Below, piece after piece: positions 9,352 through 19,661 of a DNA stretch of 64,000 nt. The position numbers and the translations under genes are program-made. This DNA is from a plasmid. Positions within the stretch are counted from its first letter, which is position 1. Each line of letters starts with the position of its first letter. Location: sequence record NZ_CP029448.1. One strand, 5' to 3'. The notes beneath the pieces were generated by a model that saw only the letters and a list, made by a program, of their open reading frames with translations, searched no databases and was not told the origin of the DNA.

Positions 9352-11991
9352 ATGCGTAATAACCTGATGGATACCGTCGCTCAGGCCGTGAATTCGCTTG
9401 TGTCGGCACTACAGTTGCCTGACGAATCTGCGAAAGCGAATGACACGCTGGGCAGCATGAATTTCCCCCAGTTCAGCCGGATTTTACCCTATCAGGATTA
9501 TGATTCTGAAACAGGGCTTTTTATTAACACGAAAACGATCGGCTTTATGCTGGAAGCCCGGCCCCTGCCGGGGGCAAACAAAGATATTGTCGCCACTCTG
9601 GAGCATTTGTTGCGGACAAAAATCCCTCGTGGCGTGCCGTTCACTATTAATCTGGTGTCCAGTAAGCTCGTCGGGGACGACATTGAGTACGGGCTGCGTG
9701 AATTTAGCTGGAGCGGTAAGCAGGCGGAGAAGTTCAACGCCATTACCCGTGCCTATTATCTCCGCGCGGCAGAAACCCGCTTCCCTTTGCCGGAAAGCAT
9801 GGATTTACCCCTGACCCTGCGAAACTATCGGGTCTTTATTTCCTGCTGTATCGCGAGAAAAAAGAAAAGCAAAGCACAGATAGTCGAGCTTGAGAACCAG
9901 GTCAAAATTATCCGCGCCTCACTGGGTGGCGCATATATTCCCACGCGTGTTATGGGAGGGGCTGAACTGGTCGAACTGATGCGCGAAGTGATTAATCCTG
10001 ATCCGGGCGAGATGTATCACAAGCCCTATAAACTGGACCCGTATCAGGACCTCAACTATCAGTGTGTGGTAGACAGTTTTGACATGAAGGTCACGGCCGG
10101 ACACCTGAAAATAGGCCGTCTTGGCCACGACGGGAAAGAGACGGCCACCAGGGTGACCAGTTATCACCTTGAACGGGATCCGGAAATTGCCTTTCTCTGG
10201 ACCAGTGCAGATAACTACGCCAACCTGTTGAACCCTGAGCTCTCCATCTCCTGCCCGTTTGTCCTCACGCTGACCCTGATGGTGGAAGATCAGGTGAAAA
10301 CCCAGAATGAAGCGAACCTGAAGTTCATGGACCTGGAGAAGAAAAGCAAAACCTCTTACGCCAAATACTTCCCGTCAGTGGAGAAAGAAGTCAAAGAATG
10401 GGGTGATATCCGCCAGCGGCTGGCGACCAACCAGACCAGCCTTGTGTCATATTTTTTCAACATCACCACCTATACCCCGGACAATGTTGAAGCCTCACTC
10501 ACCACCGAACAGCAGGTGCTGAACAGTTTTCGTAAAGGCGGTTTCCAGCTGATCCCCGCCCGCTACCATCACCTGCGCAACTTTCTGGCCATGCTGCCCT
10601 TCAAATCCGGTGAGGGTCTGTTCAAAGAGCTGCAGGCGGCCGGGGTGGTCAAACGGGCCGAAACGTTCCAGGTCGCCAATCTTCTGCCCGTGGTGGCCGA
10701 CAGCCCGCTGGCCCCGGCGGGTCTGCTGGCGCCGACCTACCGCAACCAGCTGGCGTATATCGACCTTTTTTATGAAGGGATGGATAACACCAACTTCAAT
10801 ATGGCGGTCTGCGGCACCTCCGGGGCAGGTAAAACGGGGCTGATACAGCCGCTGATCCGCAGTGTGCTGGACTCCGGCGGTTTTGCCTGGGTGTTCGATA
10901 TGGGCGATGGCTATAAGTCCCTGTGCGAAAACATGGGCGGGGTCTACCTCGATGGTGATTCGCTAAAGTTTAACCCGTTCGCCAATATTCTCGATGATGC
11001 CCACTTTGACCTCTCCGCGGAGCGTATCCGTGACCAGATGTCAGTGATGGCCAGTCCGAACGGTAACCTGGACGAGGTCCACGAAGGCCTGTTGTTACAG
11101 GCCGTGCAGGCGGCCTGGCTGAGCAAACGGAGGCATGCCCGCATCGATGATGTGGTGGCGTTTCTGCAGAGCGCAAAAGACAGTGAAGAGTATGCCGACT
11201 CTCCGACCATTCGCAGCCGCCTGGACGAGATGATTATTCTCCTCGATCAGTACACGGTGAACGGGATTTACGGGGACTACTTTAACTCGGACAAACCCAC
11301 CCTGCGCGATGATGCCCGGATGGTGGTGCTGGAGCTCGGGGGGCTTGAATCGCGCCCGTCACTGCTGATTGCCGTCATGTTCTCGCTGATTATCTATATC
11401 GAGAACCGGATGTACCAGTCCCCCCGGAGCCTGAAAAAGCTCAACGTCATTGACGAAGGCTGGAAACTGCTCGATTTCAAAAACGAAAAAGTGGGGCAGT
11501 TTATTGAGAAGGGGTACCGGACCGCGCGCCGGCATACCGGCGCCTATATCACCATCACCCAGAATATAGTCGACTTCGATTCCCCCACCGCATCCACCGC
11601 TGCCCGGGCGGCCTGGGGTAACTCCTCGTACAAGTCGATCCTCAAACAGTCAGCCAAAGAGTTCGCCAAATATAACCAGCTGTATCCGGATCAGTTCTCA
11701 AAACTGGAGCAGGACATGATCAACAGTTTCGGTTCTGCAAAAGAACAATGGTTCAGTTCTTTCATGCTGCAGGTAGAAGCGAACTGCTCCTGGCATCGTC
11801 TGTTTGTCGACCCGCTCAGCCGGGCCATGTATTCCTCCAAAGGCGCGGACTTTGAATTTATCCAGGCGCGGCGGAAGGCTGGTGTCGATATCCATGACGC
11901 GGTGTATGAGCTGGCCTGTCGTAACTTCCCGGCGGAAATGGCTGAGCTGGAAGCCCGCATCGCGCACGACAGCGTAAGGAGTGCAGCCTGA
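9352..11991 (+). CDS. traC: TraC (VirB4-family ATPase)
   Basis: Colinear with F TraC over the full length (NLMDTVAQAVNSLV..; Walker A GTSGAGKTG). Start taken at MRNNLMD rather than the upstream in-frame ATG. Confidence 0.95.
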   Translation: MRNNLMDTVAQAVNSLVSALQLPDESAKANDTLGSMNFPQFSRILPYQDYDSETGLFINTKTIGFMLEARPLPGANKDIVATLEHLLRTKIPRGVPFTINLVSSKLVGDDIEYGLREFSWSGKQAEKFNAITRAYYLRAAETRFPLPESMDLPLTLRNYRVFISCCIARKKKSKAQIVELENQVKIIRASLGGAYIPTRVMGGAELVELMREVINPDPGEMYHKPYKLDPYQDLNYQCVVDSFDMKVTAGHLKIGRLGHDGKETATRVTSYHLERDPEIAFLWTSADNYANLLNPELSISCPFVLTLTLMVEDQVKTQNEANLKFMDLEKKSKTSYAKYFPSVEKEVKEWGDIRQRLATNQTSLVSYFFNITTYTPDNVEASLTTEQQVLNSFRKGGFQLIPARYHHLRNFLAMLPFKSGEGLFKELQAAGVVKRAETFQVANLLPVVADSPLAPAGLLAPTYRNQLAYIDLFYEGMDNTNFNMAVCGTSGAGKTGLIQPLIRSVLDSGGFAWVFDMGDGYKSLCENMGGVYLDGDSLKFNPFANILDDAHFDLSAERIRDQMSVMASPNGNLDEVHEGLLLQAVQAAWLSKRRHARIDDVVAFLQSAKDSEEYADSPTIRSRLDEMIILLDQYTVNGIYGDYFNSDKPTLRDDARMVVLELGGLESRPSLLIAVMFSLIIYIENRMYQSPRSLKKLNVIDEGWKLLDFKNEKVGQFIEKGYRTARRHTGAYITITQNIVDFDSPTASTAARAAWGNSSYKSILKQSAKEFAKYNQLYPDQFSKLEQDMINSFGSAKEQWFSSFMLQVEANCSWHRLFVDPLSRAMYSSKGADFEFIQARRKAGVDIHDAVYELACRNFPAEMAELEARIAHDSVRSAA

Positions 11992-12380
11992 TGGAAAACC
12001 ACGCAGAACAGCAGAAAACGACGCCCCGGCCGTATCGACGGGGGCTGGCCATCGTTGCGCTTGTTGTCTTCGTCCTGGCGACCAACGTCTTTCTCACGCG
12101 GGTGGTACTGGAGTACACCACGCCGCGGGTGGTGGCCTTTGATATGAAGAAAACGCTCGACAGTTTTATGGACAGTGTCAGTCAGAAACAGCTGTCAGAG
12201 GCGCAGTCCAAAGCGCTGTCAGAGCGGTTTAACAGTGCGCTGGAGCAGAGCCTGGCGGATTACCAGCAACAACATCATGTCCTCATCCTGGTGTCGCCGG
12301 CGGTGGTTCAGGGGGCCCCCGATGTGACCCGTAAAATTCAGACGGACATTGCCCGGCGAATGAAAGGAGGCCAGGAATGA
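11991..12380 (+). CDS. trbI: TrbI
   Basis: 129-aa bitopic protein immediately after traC, as in F. Confidence 0.8.
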   Translation: MENHAEQQKTTPRPYRRGLAIVALVVFVLATNVFLTRVVLEYTTPRVVAFDMKKTLDSFMDSVSQKQLSEAQSKALSERFNSALEQSLADYQQQHHVLILVSPAVVQGAPDVTRKIQTDIARRMKGGQE

Positions 12381-13003
12381 CGCGACTGAAATTATGTCTG
12401 CTCGCCGGCTGTCTGCTTTCGCCGCTGACACAGGCCGCCGACCTCGGTACCTGGGGGGATTTGTGGCCCGTCCGTGAGCAGGACATGCTGGAACTTATCA
12501 CGCAGCGGCTGCAGGGACTGCAACAATCCGGCCAGTGGGATAAGACAATGGGCGAGTTTAAGCAGCGGGTGATCGAGAACAGCCAGCGCCCGGCCCCGGT
12601 GGAGGGGCTGCACAGAGCGGAGAAATATGCACAACGCTGGTTTGACCCCAGTATTCGCCTGACGGAAGACCTGAAGGATAACGAAGGGCGGGTGTTTGCT
12701 CACCAGGGCGAGCTCATCAATCCCCTGAAAACCGTGCCCTTTATGCAGACCCTGTACTTTATCAACGGCGACGATCCTGACCAGATAGCCTGGATGAAAC
12801 GCCAGGTGCCGGAAACGCTGATGAGCAAGATTATTCTGGTCCGGGGCAGCGTCCCTGACACCTCGTCCGCGCTGGACAGCCGGATTTATTTTGACCAGAA
12901 CGGTGTGCTTTCAAAACGGTTCGGCCTGACCAGGGTGCCGGCGCGTATTACGCCGGCACCCTCCGGTGAGCGGCTGAATATCGAAACCTTTCCTGTTAAA
13001 TAA
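12377..13003 (+). CDS. traW: TraW
   Basis: 208 aa with a signal peptide, at the F traW position. Confidence 0.85.
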   Translation: MTRLKLCLLAGCLLSPLTQAADLGTWGDLWPVREQDMLELITQRLQGLQQSGQWDKTMGEFKQRVIENSQRPAPVEGLHRAEKYAQRWFDPSIRLTEDLKDNEGRVFAHQGELINPLKTVPFMQTLYFINGDDPDQIAWMKRQVPETLMSKIILVRGSVPDTSSALDSRIYFDQNGVLSKRFGLTRVPARITPAPSGERLNIETFPVK

Positions 13004-13013
13004 GGACGTTTCA

Positions 13014-14006
13014 GTGAAATCCCTGACCCTGTTTCTGAGTGCCCTGATGATGTGGGGATACAGCCTCAGTGCTGCTGCGGACCCCTCCTGCGAGGGACGT
13101 TTTGTTAACCCGATCACCGATGTCTGCTGGCAATGCATTTTTCCGATGTCCATCGGGAGTGTGTCGGTCGCGGCCGGTGGTGGCCCGGATACCGTGAATC
13201 CGGCCAGTCCGGTTCAGTACTGTCCCGCACCGCCCCCGATATTTGTTCGTATCGGTCTGGCGATTGGCTACTGGGAGCCGATGGCCATGACGGATGTCAG
13301 CCGTTCACCTGGCTGCATGGTGAACCTCGGGGGATTCAGTATCAATCTCGGCAAGACCGGGATGGGTACGGCTAAGAAGGATGACAAGCAGGTGAACGGG
13401 GCCTTCTATCACGTCCACTGGTACAAGTATCCGCTGACCTACTGGCTGAACATCATTACCTCAGCCGGGTGCCTGGAAGGAGGTGATATGGATATTGCCT
13501 ATTTATCCGAAATCGACCCGACCTGGGTGGACAGCAGCCTGACCACCATTCTGAATCCGGAAGCGATTTTGTTTGCTAACCCGATTGCCCAGGGCGCATG
13601 TGCGGCAGATGCGATTGCCAGTGCATTCAACAAACCACTCGATATTTTGTTCTGGTGCGCCGGCTCTCAGGGGTCGATGTACCCGTTCTCCGGCTGGGCC
13701 AGCAACGAGTCCAGTCCCCTGCAGTCATCGCTGTTACTCAGTGAGCGAATGGCCTACAAGCTTCATCGGCAGGGGCAAATCATGGAGACCGTCGGCGCAG
13801 ATGTGGCGGTCTGCTACGAATACCCGTCTCCGATCATCCCAAAAGAGCGGTGGCGCTATCAGATGGTGAATATGTATCCGGACAGCGGTCAGTGCCACCC
13901 TCTCGGGCGCAGTGTGATGCGCTGGGAGGCGGGCAGAAATCCACCCAACACGCGGAAAAACTACGGCTACCTGATGTGGCGTAAACGTAACTGTGTCTAC
14001 CTCTGA
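13014..14006 (+). CDS. traU: TraU
   Basis: 330 aa, Cys-rich, periplasmic, at the F traU position. Confidence 0.9.
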   Translation: MKSLTLFLSALMMWGYSLSAAADPSCEGRFVNPITDVCWQCIFPMSIGSVSVAAGGGPDTVNPASPVQYCPAPPPIFVRIGLAIGYWEPMAMTDVSRSPGCMVNLGGFSINLGKTGMGTAKKDDKQVNGAFYHVHWYKYPLTYWLNIITSAGCLEGGDMDIAYLSEIDPTWVDSSLTTILNPEAILFANPIAQGACAADAIASAFNKPLDILFWCAGSQGSMYPFSGWASNESSPLQSSLLLSERMAYKLHRQGQIMETVGADVAVCYEYPSPIIPKERWRYQMVNMYPDSGQCHPLGRSVMRWEAGRNPPNTRKNYGYLMWRKRNCVYL

Positions 14007-14018
14007 CAGGAGTCTCTC

Positions 14019-14645
14019 ATGAAGTTGATAAATGTATTAATGATTCTGGCATTACAGTCAGGTTCAGCAGTCGCTGCAGTTACTCCGGGTAGTCCGACTA
14101 CGGCAGACAGGGAGTGGCTGAAACAGCAGGAAAACCTCAGTGAACAGTTACGTCAGCATCCGGACAAACAACTGCAGCAGGAACTGGAAGCGCAGATTAA
14201 CCGTAACCCACTCGCCAGCGCTGACCGTCAGTTTATCGACAATCTGGCCAGCCAGCAGAATGCGTCAAACCAGACAAAGCCAGAAGAAGGGGCGGTGTAC
14301 TTTGTCTCCTTTTCGATACCGGAAGAGGGTCTGAAGCGAATGTTGCATGAGACCCGGCAGTACAGCATCCCCGCTACCTTGCGAGGACTGGTCAACAACG
14401 ATATGAAAGCGACCACGGATGCGGTGATGCACCTGGTGAACGACGGGGTGACTGACGGTGTGCAAATCGATCCGACGCTCTACACGCAGTACAACATCCG
14501 TAGCGTGCCGGCCCTGGTGGTGCGCTGTCAGGCCGGCTTCGACGTGGTGCATGGCAATATCAGGCTGAAACAGGCTCTGGAGAAGGTCGCAGAGAAAGGG
14601 GACTGCGCGAACACAGCCCGTCATATGCTGGGGGGGACGAAATGA
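14019..14645 (+). CDS. trbC: TrbC
   Basis: 208 aa with a signal peptide, between traU and traN. Confidence 0.8.
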   Translation: MKLINVLMILALQSGSAVAAVTPGSPTTADREWLKQQENLSEQLRQHPDKQLQQELEAQINRNPLASADRQFIDNLASQQNASNQTKPEEGAVYFVSFSIPEEGLKRMLHETRQYSIPATLRGLVNNDMKATTDAVMHLVNDGVTDGVQIDPTLYTQYNIRSVPALVVRCQAGFDVVHGNIRLKQALEKVAEKGDCANTARHMLGGTK

Positions 14646-16585
14646 GATCGCTTCCCGTCATTGCAACCGTTCTGGGGGCCTTTATCGGGTTTGCAGGACC
14701 AGCCGGTGCAGACAGTAATACGGATTACAAAGCCGGTTCGGATTTCGCAAAACAGGTTCAGGGAGGGGGGCTCGATGCCCTGAAAAACTTTAATGGTGAG
14801 CAGACCTTACCCGGTTATACCTCCCGACCCGACCAGACGAAATACTACGGTGGCGTGACAGCCAGCGGTGACAGTTCCCTGAAAAGTGACTCTGCTTCGG
14901 AGTTCAGCCAGAACGAGGCCGGACAAAGTATCACGGAGTCGTTCACCAACCGGCCCCCTGACAGTATTTCAGCGGATGCCCCCTTTATTCAGGCGGCACA
15001 GGACACCGAATCCCGGGCGGACAGCATTGTCGGCGATACCGGTCAGGCCTGTACGGCACAGGTGGTTAATCGTAGCGAGTTCACGAACCATACGTGCGAG
15101 CGGGATTTGCAGGTGGAGAACTTCTGCACGCGGGAGGCGACGCTGAAAGACAACGCCACGACGCAAAAGGTCAGTCGTACCTACCAGCAGGCTGTCCCGA
15201 TGAATTTCACCCGAAACAGCACCCGATGGAGCGGGACGCTGACCATCCCGTCGACAGGGCGGCTGCTCAGCGTGTCTGTTGACGGTGAACCTCTGCCGGT
15301 TCCCTGGATTTATGAATGTGACAACGAAGGAAAGGTCAGAGACAGTTGCAAGCTTGCAGTCAGTGAAAACATCAGCCTCTTTGATAAAACATTCCCTGTT
15401 GATGTGATGACCTGGCCGAATACGGTGACGACGTGCTCCGGGGGCCAGAACACACACTGTACAAGTCATTACTACGATGGCACCGGGAAAATTCATCAGT
15501 CTTTCAGCATGGACCGGAACGTTGTCGCCGGGCAGAGCTTTCCGGTAACGAAAACGTCGAAAACCCAGCCATCAGTGAATGTTAAATCCATTCAGGTGAC
15601 GGTCATACTAGTCATGGAGGAGACGGAAACCGTATTTGCACCAGAGGTGGTCTGGGTTGAAAGTTGTCCGTTCAGCAAGGACGAAGGCACGAAAACAGGT
15701 GAAGAATGTATCAGCCCGGGCGGGACAAAAACCCTCAACCTGGGCGGGAAGGCGTATTCCTTCACAGAAGCATGCTGGAAATACAAGGACACCTGGCTCA
15801 CACAGCCTGCGGATCATGGCTCCTGTGAGAGCCTGATGAACAATACAGCCTGCACGCTCTCTTCACGTCAGTGTGCCTTCACCGGTGAAGACGGGACCTG
15901 TCTGCATGAGTATGCCACGTACTCCTGCGAAACCCGGACCAGCGGTAAGCAGATGATCTGCGGCGAGGATGTATTCTGCCTTGATGGTGAATGCGATAAA
16001 GCGGTCAGCGGCACGAACAACGGCTTTGGACAGGCAGTTTCGGAGCTCGCGGCGCTGGCCGCTGCGGGTAAAGATGTTGCGGCGCTGAATGGGGTGGACG
16101 TCAGGGCATTCACCGGCAAGGCAAAATTCTGTAAGAAGTTCGCTGCAGGCTTCAGCAACTGCTGCAAGGACAGCGGATGGGGCCAGGATGTGGGCCTGGC
16201 ACGCTGCAGCAGCGAAGAGAAGGCGCTGGCCAAAGCGAAAACCAACAAGCTGACAGTCAGTATTGGTGAGTTTTGCTCGAAGAAGGTACTGGGGATCTGC
16301 CTGGAGAAAAAACGCAGTTACTGCCAGTTTGACTCAAAACTGGCTCAGATAGTCCAGGAGCAAGGCCGTAACGGACAGCTGCATATTGGGTTCGGTGGCG
16401 CCAGCAGTCCGGACTGCCGGGGGATCACGGTAGCAGAACTGCAGGGCATTAACTTTAATCAGCTGGACTTTACGAACTTCATGGAGGACCTGATAAATAA
16501 CCAGAAAATACCGGATAACAGTGAGCTGACTGATAAAACAAAACAACGCATAAAAGAACTTCTCACGCAGTCTTCAGCAAAATGA
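14642..16585 (+). CDS. traN: TraN, mating-pair stabilisation outer-membrane protein
   Basis: 647 aa with many conserved Cys, including a C-terminal Cys cluster. Confidence 0.9.
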   Translation: MRSLPVIATVLGAFIGFAGPAGADSNTDYKAGSDFAKQVQGGGLDALKNFNGEQTLPGYTSRPDQTKYYGGVTASGDSSLKSDSASEFSQNEAGQSITESFTNRPPDSISADAPFIQAAQDTESRADSIVGDTGQACTAQVVNRSEFTNHTCERDLQVENFCTREATLKDNATTQKVSRTYQQAVPMNFTRNSTRWSGTLTIPSTGRLLSVSVDGEPLPVPWIYECDNEGKVRDSCKLAVSENISLFDKTFPVDVMTWPNTVTTCSGGQNTHCTSHYYDGTGKIHQSFSMDRNVVAGQSFPVTKTSKTQPSVNVKSIQVTVILVMEETETVFAPEVVWVESCPFSKDEGTKTGEECISPGGTKTLNLGGKAYSFTEACWKYKDTWLTQPADHGSCESLMNNTACTLSSRQCAFTGEDGTCLHEYATYSCETRTSGKQMICGEDVFCLDGECDKAVSGTNNGFGQAVSELAALAAAGKDVAALNGVDVRAFTGKAKFCKKFAAGFSNCCKDSGWGQDVGLARCSSEEKALAKAKTNKLTVSIGEFCSKKVLGICLEKKRSYCQFDSKLAQIVQEQGRNGQLHIGFGGASSPDCRGITVAELQGINFNQLDFTNFMEDLINNQKIPDNSELTDKTKQRIKELLTQSSAK

Positions 16586-16698
16586 TTTCTGAATAATTAA
16601 ATTTAAAGGTGATAACAGAGTGTATGGGGATGGGGCACTGTCGCTTGTTTTCTATGTCATCGCGTTATCCCGTATTGAAAATAATAAGGATGGTTTAA

Positions 16699-17310
16699 AT
16701 GAACAGACTGGTCAGGTCCACCATTTTTTTGTTTTTTATTCTAATAATGCCATTTTCAAACGCCGCAAGCAGAGAGGAACTCGAGAAGCTGTATTCAATG
16801 CAGATGCCCGGCACTGTCATTCAGTGTAAGAGAACAGATGAAACGTTTTTTACAAAAATAAGAATGATTTCCCGGTATACGGTTACGGAGCAAAGTGAAA
16901 ATAAAACAAAAATGGATGGGTGGGTTGCCATGTACGCCACCGGTCTGAAAGCGTTACGATTTGAAGCTGAATTTAAAGCTACCCGGACAATGCTGGATGC
17001 TCGTGATATGTGGGAGGTCGACCCCGACTCACTGGTTATGAAAGTATCAGGTGAGGATGCAAAACGCTTTAAAAATAAGGGAGGGGTTGATTTTTTCAGG
17101 GATAATAGCAGGTTAAACTATGACGATCACTCTGATATTCGATTTACTACCTACCCCGATTATATTATCGGGGAGGATGACCCCGGATTCTTTACATCAA
17201 AAGGCGCAGAGGAATGTACCACTCGCTTTGCTGACAGTTTTCCCGCGGGGAAAACCGGGCTGAAGGTGAAGGAGGATAACAGTAATAAGGAACACAACCA
17301 TGAAAATTAA
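16699..17310 (+). CDS. secreted hypothetical protein (203 aa), AT-rich cargo
   Basis: Signal peptide. GC content is clearly lower than the flanking tra genes. Family not recognised. Confidence 0.55.
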   Translation: MNRLVRSTIFLFFILIMPFSNAASREELEKLYSMQMPGTVIQCKRTDETFFTKIRMISRYTVTEQSENKTKMDGWVAMYATGLKALRFEAEFKATRTMLDARDMWEVDPDSLVMKVSGEDAKRFKNKGGVDFFRDNSRLNYDDHSDIRFTTYPDYIIGEDDPGFFTSKGAEECTTRFADSFPAGKTGLKVKEDNSNKEHNHEN

Positions 17311-17536
17311 CTTTCATAAATATCCTGCCGTCGATTTTGTAGTGAGATTACTGCTGACAATAATCATTATCTCCCCTGTGCTGTATTTCTCATGGGATGC
17401 CGTCAAAGGGACGTCAGGTAGTGATTATATTGAGAGTGTGGTTTTTATTCTCATGGTCGGTTTTTTCTGGCTGGTGAGTTACCTCTTCTTTACTGCACTT
17501 CAGGATGTATTCAAAAAAAGGAGGGTGAATAAATGA
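17300..17536 (+). CDS. small membrane protein (78 aa)
   Basis: Two TM helices, translationally coupled; occupies the trbE slot. Confidence 0.45.
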   Translation: MKINFHKYPAVDFVVRLLLTIIIISPVLYFSWDAVKGTSGSDYIESVVFILMVGFFWLVSYLFFTALQDVFKKRRVNK

Positions 17537-17718
17537 AGCAGATAACCACATTTAAAGAATTAAAAAAATGGCGCAAAGTCACAGGAATGATTTTTGTGCT
17601 TGCCCTGTTGATTTTCTGCATGGCGACGTTATTAGCGAGTGACGATCCTGTTGTGGCGGTCCGTTCTCTTTTATTTATTGTTTTCCTCACGATTATAGCC
17701 AGACGACTTTTGCCATGA
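17533..17718 (+). CDS. small membrane protein (61 aa)
   Basis: Two TM helices, coupled to neighbours. Confidence 0.4.
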   Translation: MKQITTFKELKKWRKVTGMIFVLALLIFCMATLLASDDPVVAVRSLLFIVFLTIIARRLLP

Positions 17719-17764
17719 AGACGGGGCTTCACTTCGTTAATCAGCAAAATAAACAGGAGGGTTC

Positions 17765-18091
17765 ATGGATGAGAAAAAATCGTACGGGGTGGTGATGCTG
17801 TTTGTCGGCGTGTTTGTCGTTTTTCTGATCAGCATCATGTCTTACAGCCTGTGGCGCGATAAGCAGATTAATGCGTTTATGGCCACCAACCGGGCCTGGG
17901 GTATTCAGTGTGACCGGGTTTCTCAGGCCGCGTGGGTGGTTAAAGAAGGGGAGCGGGTGAACCTGGAAATGAATTCACTTCCACTGTACTGCAGCGGGTA
18001 TCGCTTTGAAGCCCGCAATGACGCAGGAAAAACACGGCGTCTTCTTGATAAATACAGCGTTTATCAGCACCTGACACGCCAGCCGCGTTAA
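17765..18091 (+). CDS. membrane-anchored hypothetical protein (108 aa)
   Basis: N-terminal TM segment with an RBS (aggagg). Confidence 0.5.
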   Translation: MDEKKSYGVVMLFVGVFVVFLISIMSYSLWRDKQINAFMATNRAWGIQCDRVSQAAWVVKEGERVNLEMNSLPLYCSGYRFEARNDAGKTRRLLDKYSVYQHLTRQPR

Positions 18092-18111
18092 TTCATAAAA
18101 GGGTATTTACC

Positions 18112-18864
18112 ATGCGAACAATACATGCCGCCATGCTGGCGGGGTGCCTTTGCTGCGCCCTGATGCCAGCCTGGGCGAAAGACGCGGGCTGGCAGTGGTA
18201 CAACGAAAAGCTGAAAAAACCGGAGCCGGATACGCCGCCCGCGCCTGCGGCTCCGCCGGCCCGAATGGACATTATGGCAAAACTCGCCGAACTGCAGAGC
18301 GCCACCAAACGTTCACTGTATGAAGCCATTCTGTATCCGTCGTCTGACAATTTCGTGAAGTATTTCCGTCTGCAGAACTACTGGACGCAGCAGGCCGGTC
18401 TGTTCTCGATGAGCGCGAAGAAGGCCATGCTGGAAAACCCGGAGCTCGATTACAACCTGCAGTACAGCCACTACAACGGCACCGTGAAAAACCAGCTTGC
18501 GGCCGACTACGCCGAGCAACGCAAGGCAATCTCCTCCCTGGCGCAGCACTATGGTGTGATGTTTTTCTACCGCGGCCGGGAGGCCATTGACGGGCAACTG
18601 GTCCAGGTCATCAAAAACTTCCGAGAGACCTACGGCCTGAGCGTGATACCGGTCTCTGTTGACGGCGTGGTGAATCCCCTGCTCCCTGACAGCCGGATGG
18701 ACCAGGGCCAGGCAGAGCAGCTTGGCGTGAAGTTCTTCCCTGCGATGATGCTGGTTAACCCGAAAAGCGGCCAGGTGAAGCCTCTCAGTTACGGCTTTAT
18801 TAGCCAGGACGACCTGGCGAAACAGTTCCTCTACGTCTCCAGCGACTTTAAACCCAATTTTTAA
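18112..18864 (+). CDS. traF: TraF (thioredoxin-fold pilus assembly protein)
   Basis: 250 aa with a signal peptide, at the F traF position. Confidence 0.9.
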   Translation: MRTIHAAMLAGCLCCALMPAWAKDAGWQWYNEKLKKPEPDTPPAPAAPPARMDIMAKLAELQSATKRSLYEAILYPSSDNFVKYFRLQNYWTQQAGLFSMSAKKAMLENPELDYNLQYSHYNGTVKNQLAADYAEQRKAISSLAQHYGVMFFYRGREAIDGQLVQVIKNFRETYGLSVIPVSVDGVVNPLLPDSRMDQGQAEQLGVKFFPAMMLVNPKSGQVKPLSYGFISQDDLAKQFLYVSSDFKPNF

Positions 18865-18874
18865 GGAGCGTGTC

Positions 18875-19111
18875 ATGCGAAAGATTCGTTTTCCCGATTT
18901 AGACATTACCGGGATGTGGGTGCTGGCCGTGGGCGTATTTTTCCACCTTATCGCCCGGCTGGTAAGGAAGCAGCCTGAGCTGGCCGTCCAGGCCGGGGAA
19001 ATATTCGGGCTGGGCATGGTCGTGTTCGGAGGGTACCGCATTCTCAATGCTCTCATTGCTGACGCTGAAAAACAGGAGAAAGCCCGTGAAAAGCAACCTG
19101 AAGATAATTAA
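18875..19111 (+). CDS. traQ: TraQ pilin chaperone
   Basis: LDITGMWVLAVGVFFHLIARLV matches the F TraQ segment LDVRGMWVFSLGVWFHIVARLV. Confidence 0.75.
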   Translation: MRKIRFPDLDITGMWVLAVGVFFHLIARLVRKQPELAVQAGEIFGLGMVVFGGYRILNALIADAEKQEKAREKQPEDN

Positions 19112-19661
19112 CGCTGGCGTCGCGACGCTGCTGTTACTGGCATTTTCACGGTCTTCCGTTACCCACGCTGGCACGCTGGATGACGTGAAATCACTCTGGG
19201 ACCCGCAGGGCATAACTGGCGCGGCTCCGGCGACATCCGCTGGCGTATCTGCGTCTGCGAAGCCGGTCTCTCAGGCCCGCTGGTACCGGCTCAGCAACGG
19301 CAAACAGGTCAACCTCAGCGACTGGAAAGTGGTGTTGTTTATGCAGGGACACTGCCCGTACTGCCACAAGTTTGACCCGGTCCTGAAGCAGTTATCAGGC
19401 CAGTATGGTTTCTCCGTGTTCTCTTACACCATTGACGGGCTGGGGGATGAAGCGTTTCCCGAAGCGCTGCCGGCACCGCCTGACGTGATGCAGACCTTTT
19501 TCCCGAATATTCCGGTGGCCACGCCGACCACGTTTCTGGTCAACGTGAACACGCTGGCGGCATACCCGATTCTGCAGGGGGCCACGGATGCACAGGGCTT
19601 TATGGCCAGAATGGATACGGTGTTTCAGATGATGGAGGTTCCGGGGAATGGACAAAATTAA
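19086..19661 (+). CDS. trbB: TrbB, DsbC-like disulfide isomerase (CPYC)
   Basis: Signal peptide and GHCPYCHKF active site. Start is uncertain (GTG at 19086 chosen; the ORF track uses 19047). Confidence 0.8.
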   Translation: MKSNLKIINAGVATLLLLAFSRSSVTHAGTLDDVKSLWDPQGITGAAPATSAGVSASAKPVSQARWYRLSNGKQVNLSDWKVVLFMQGHCPYCHKFDPVLKQLSGQYGFSVFSYTIDGLGDEAFPEALPAPPDVMQTFFPNIPVATPTTFLVNVNTLAAYPILQGATDAQGFMARMDTVFQMMEVPGNGQN

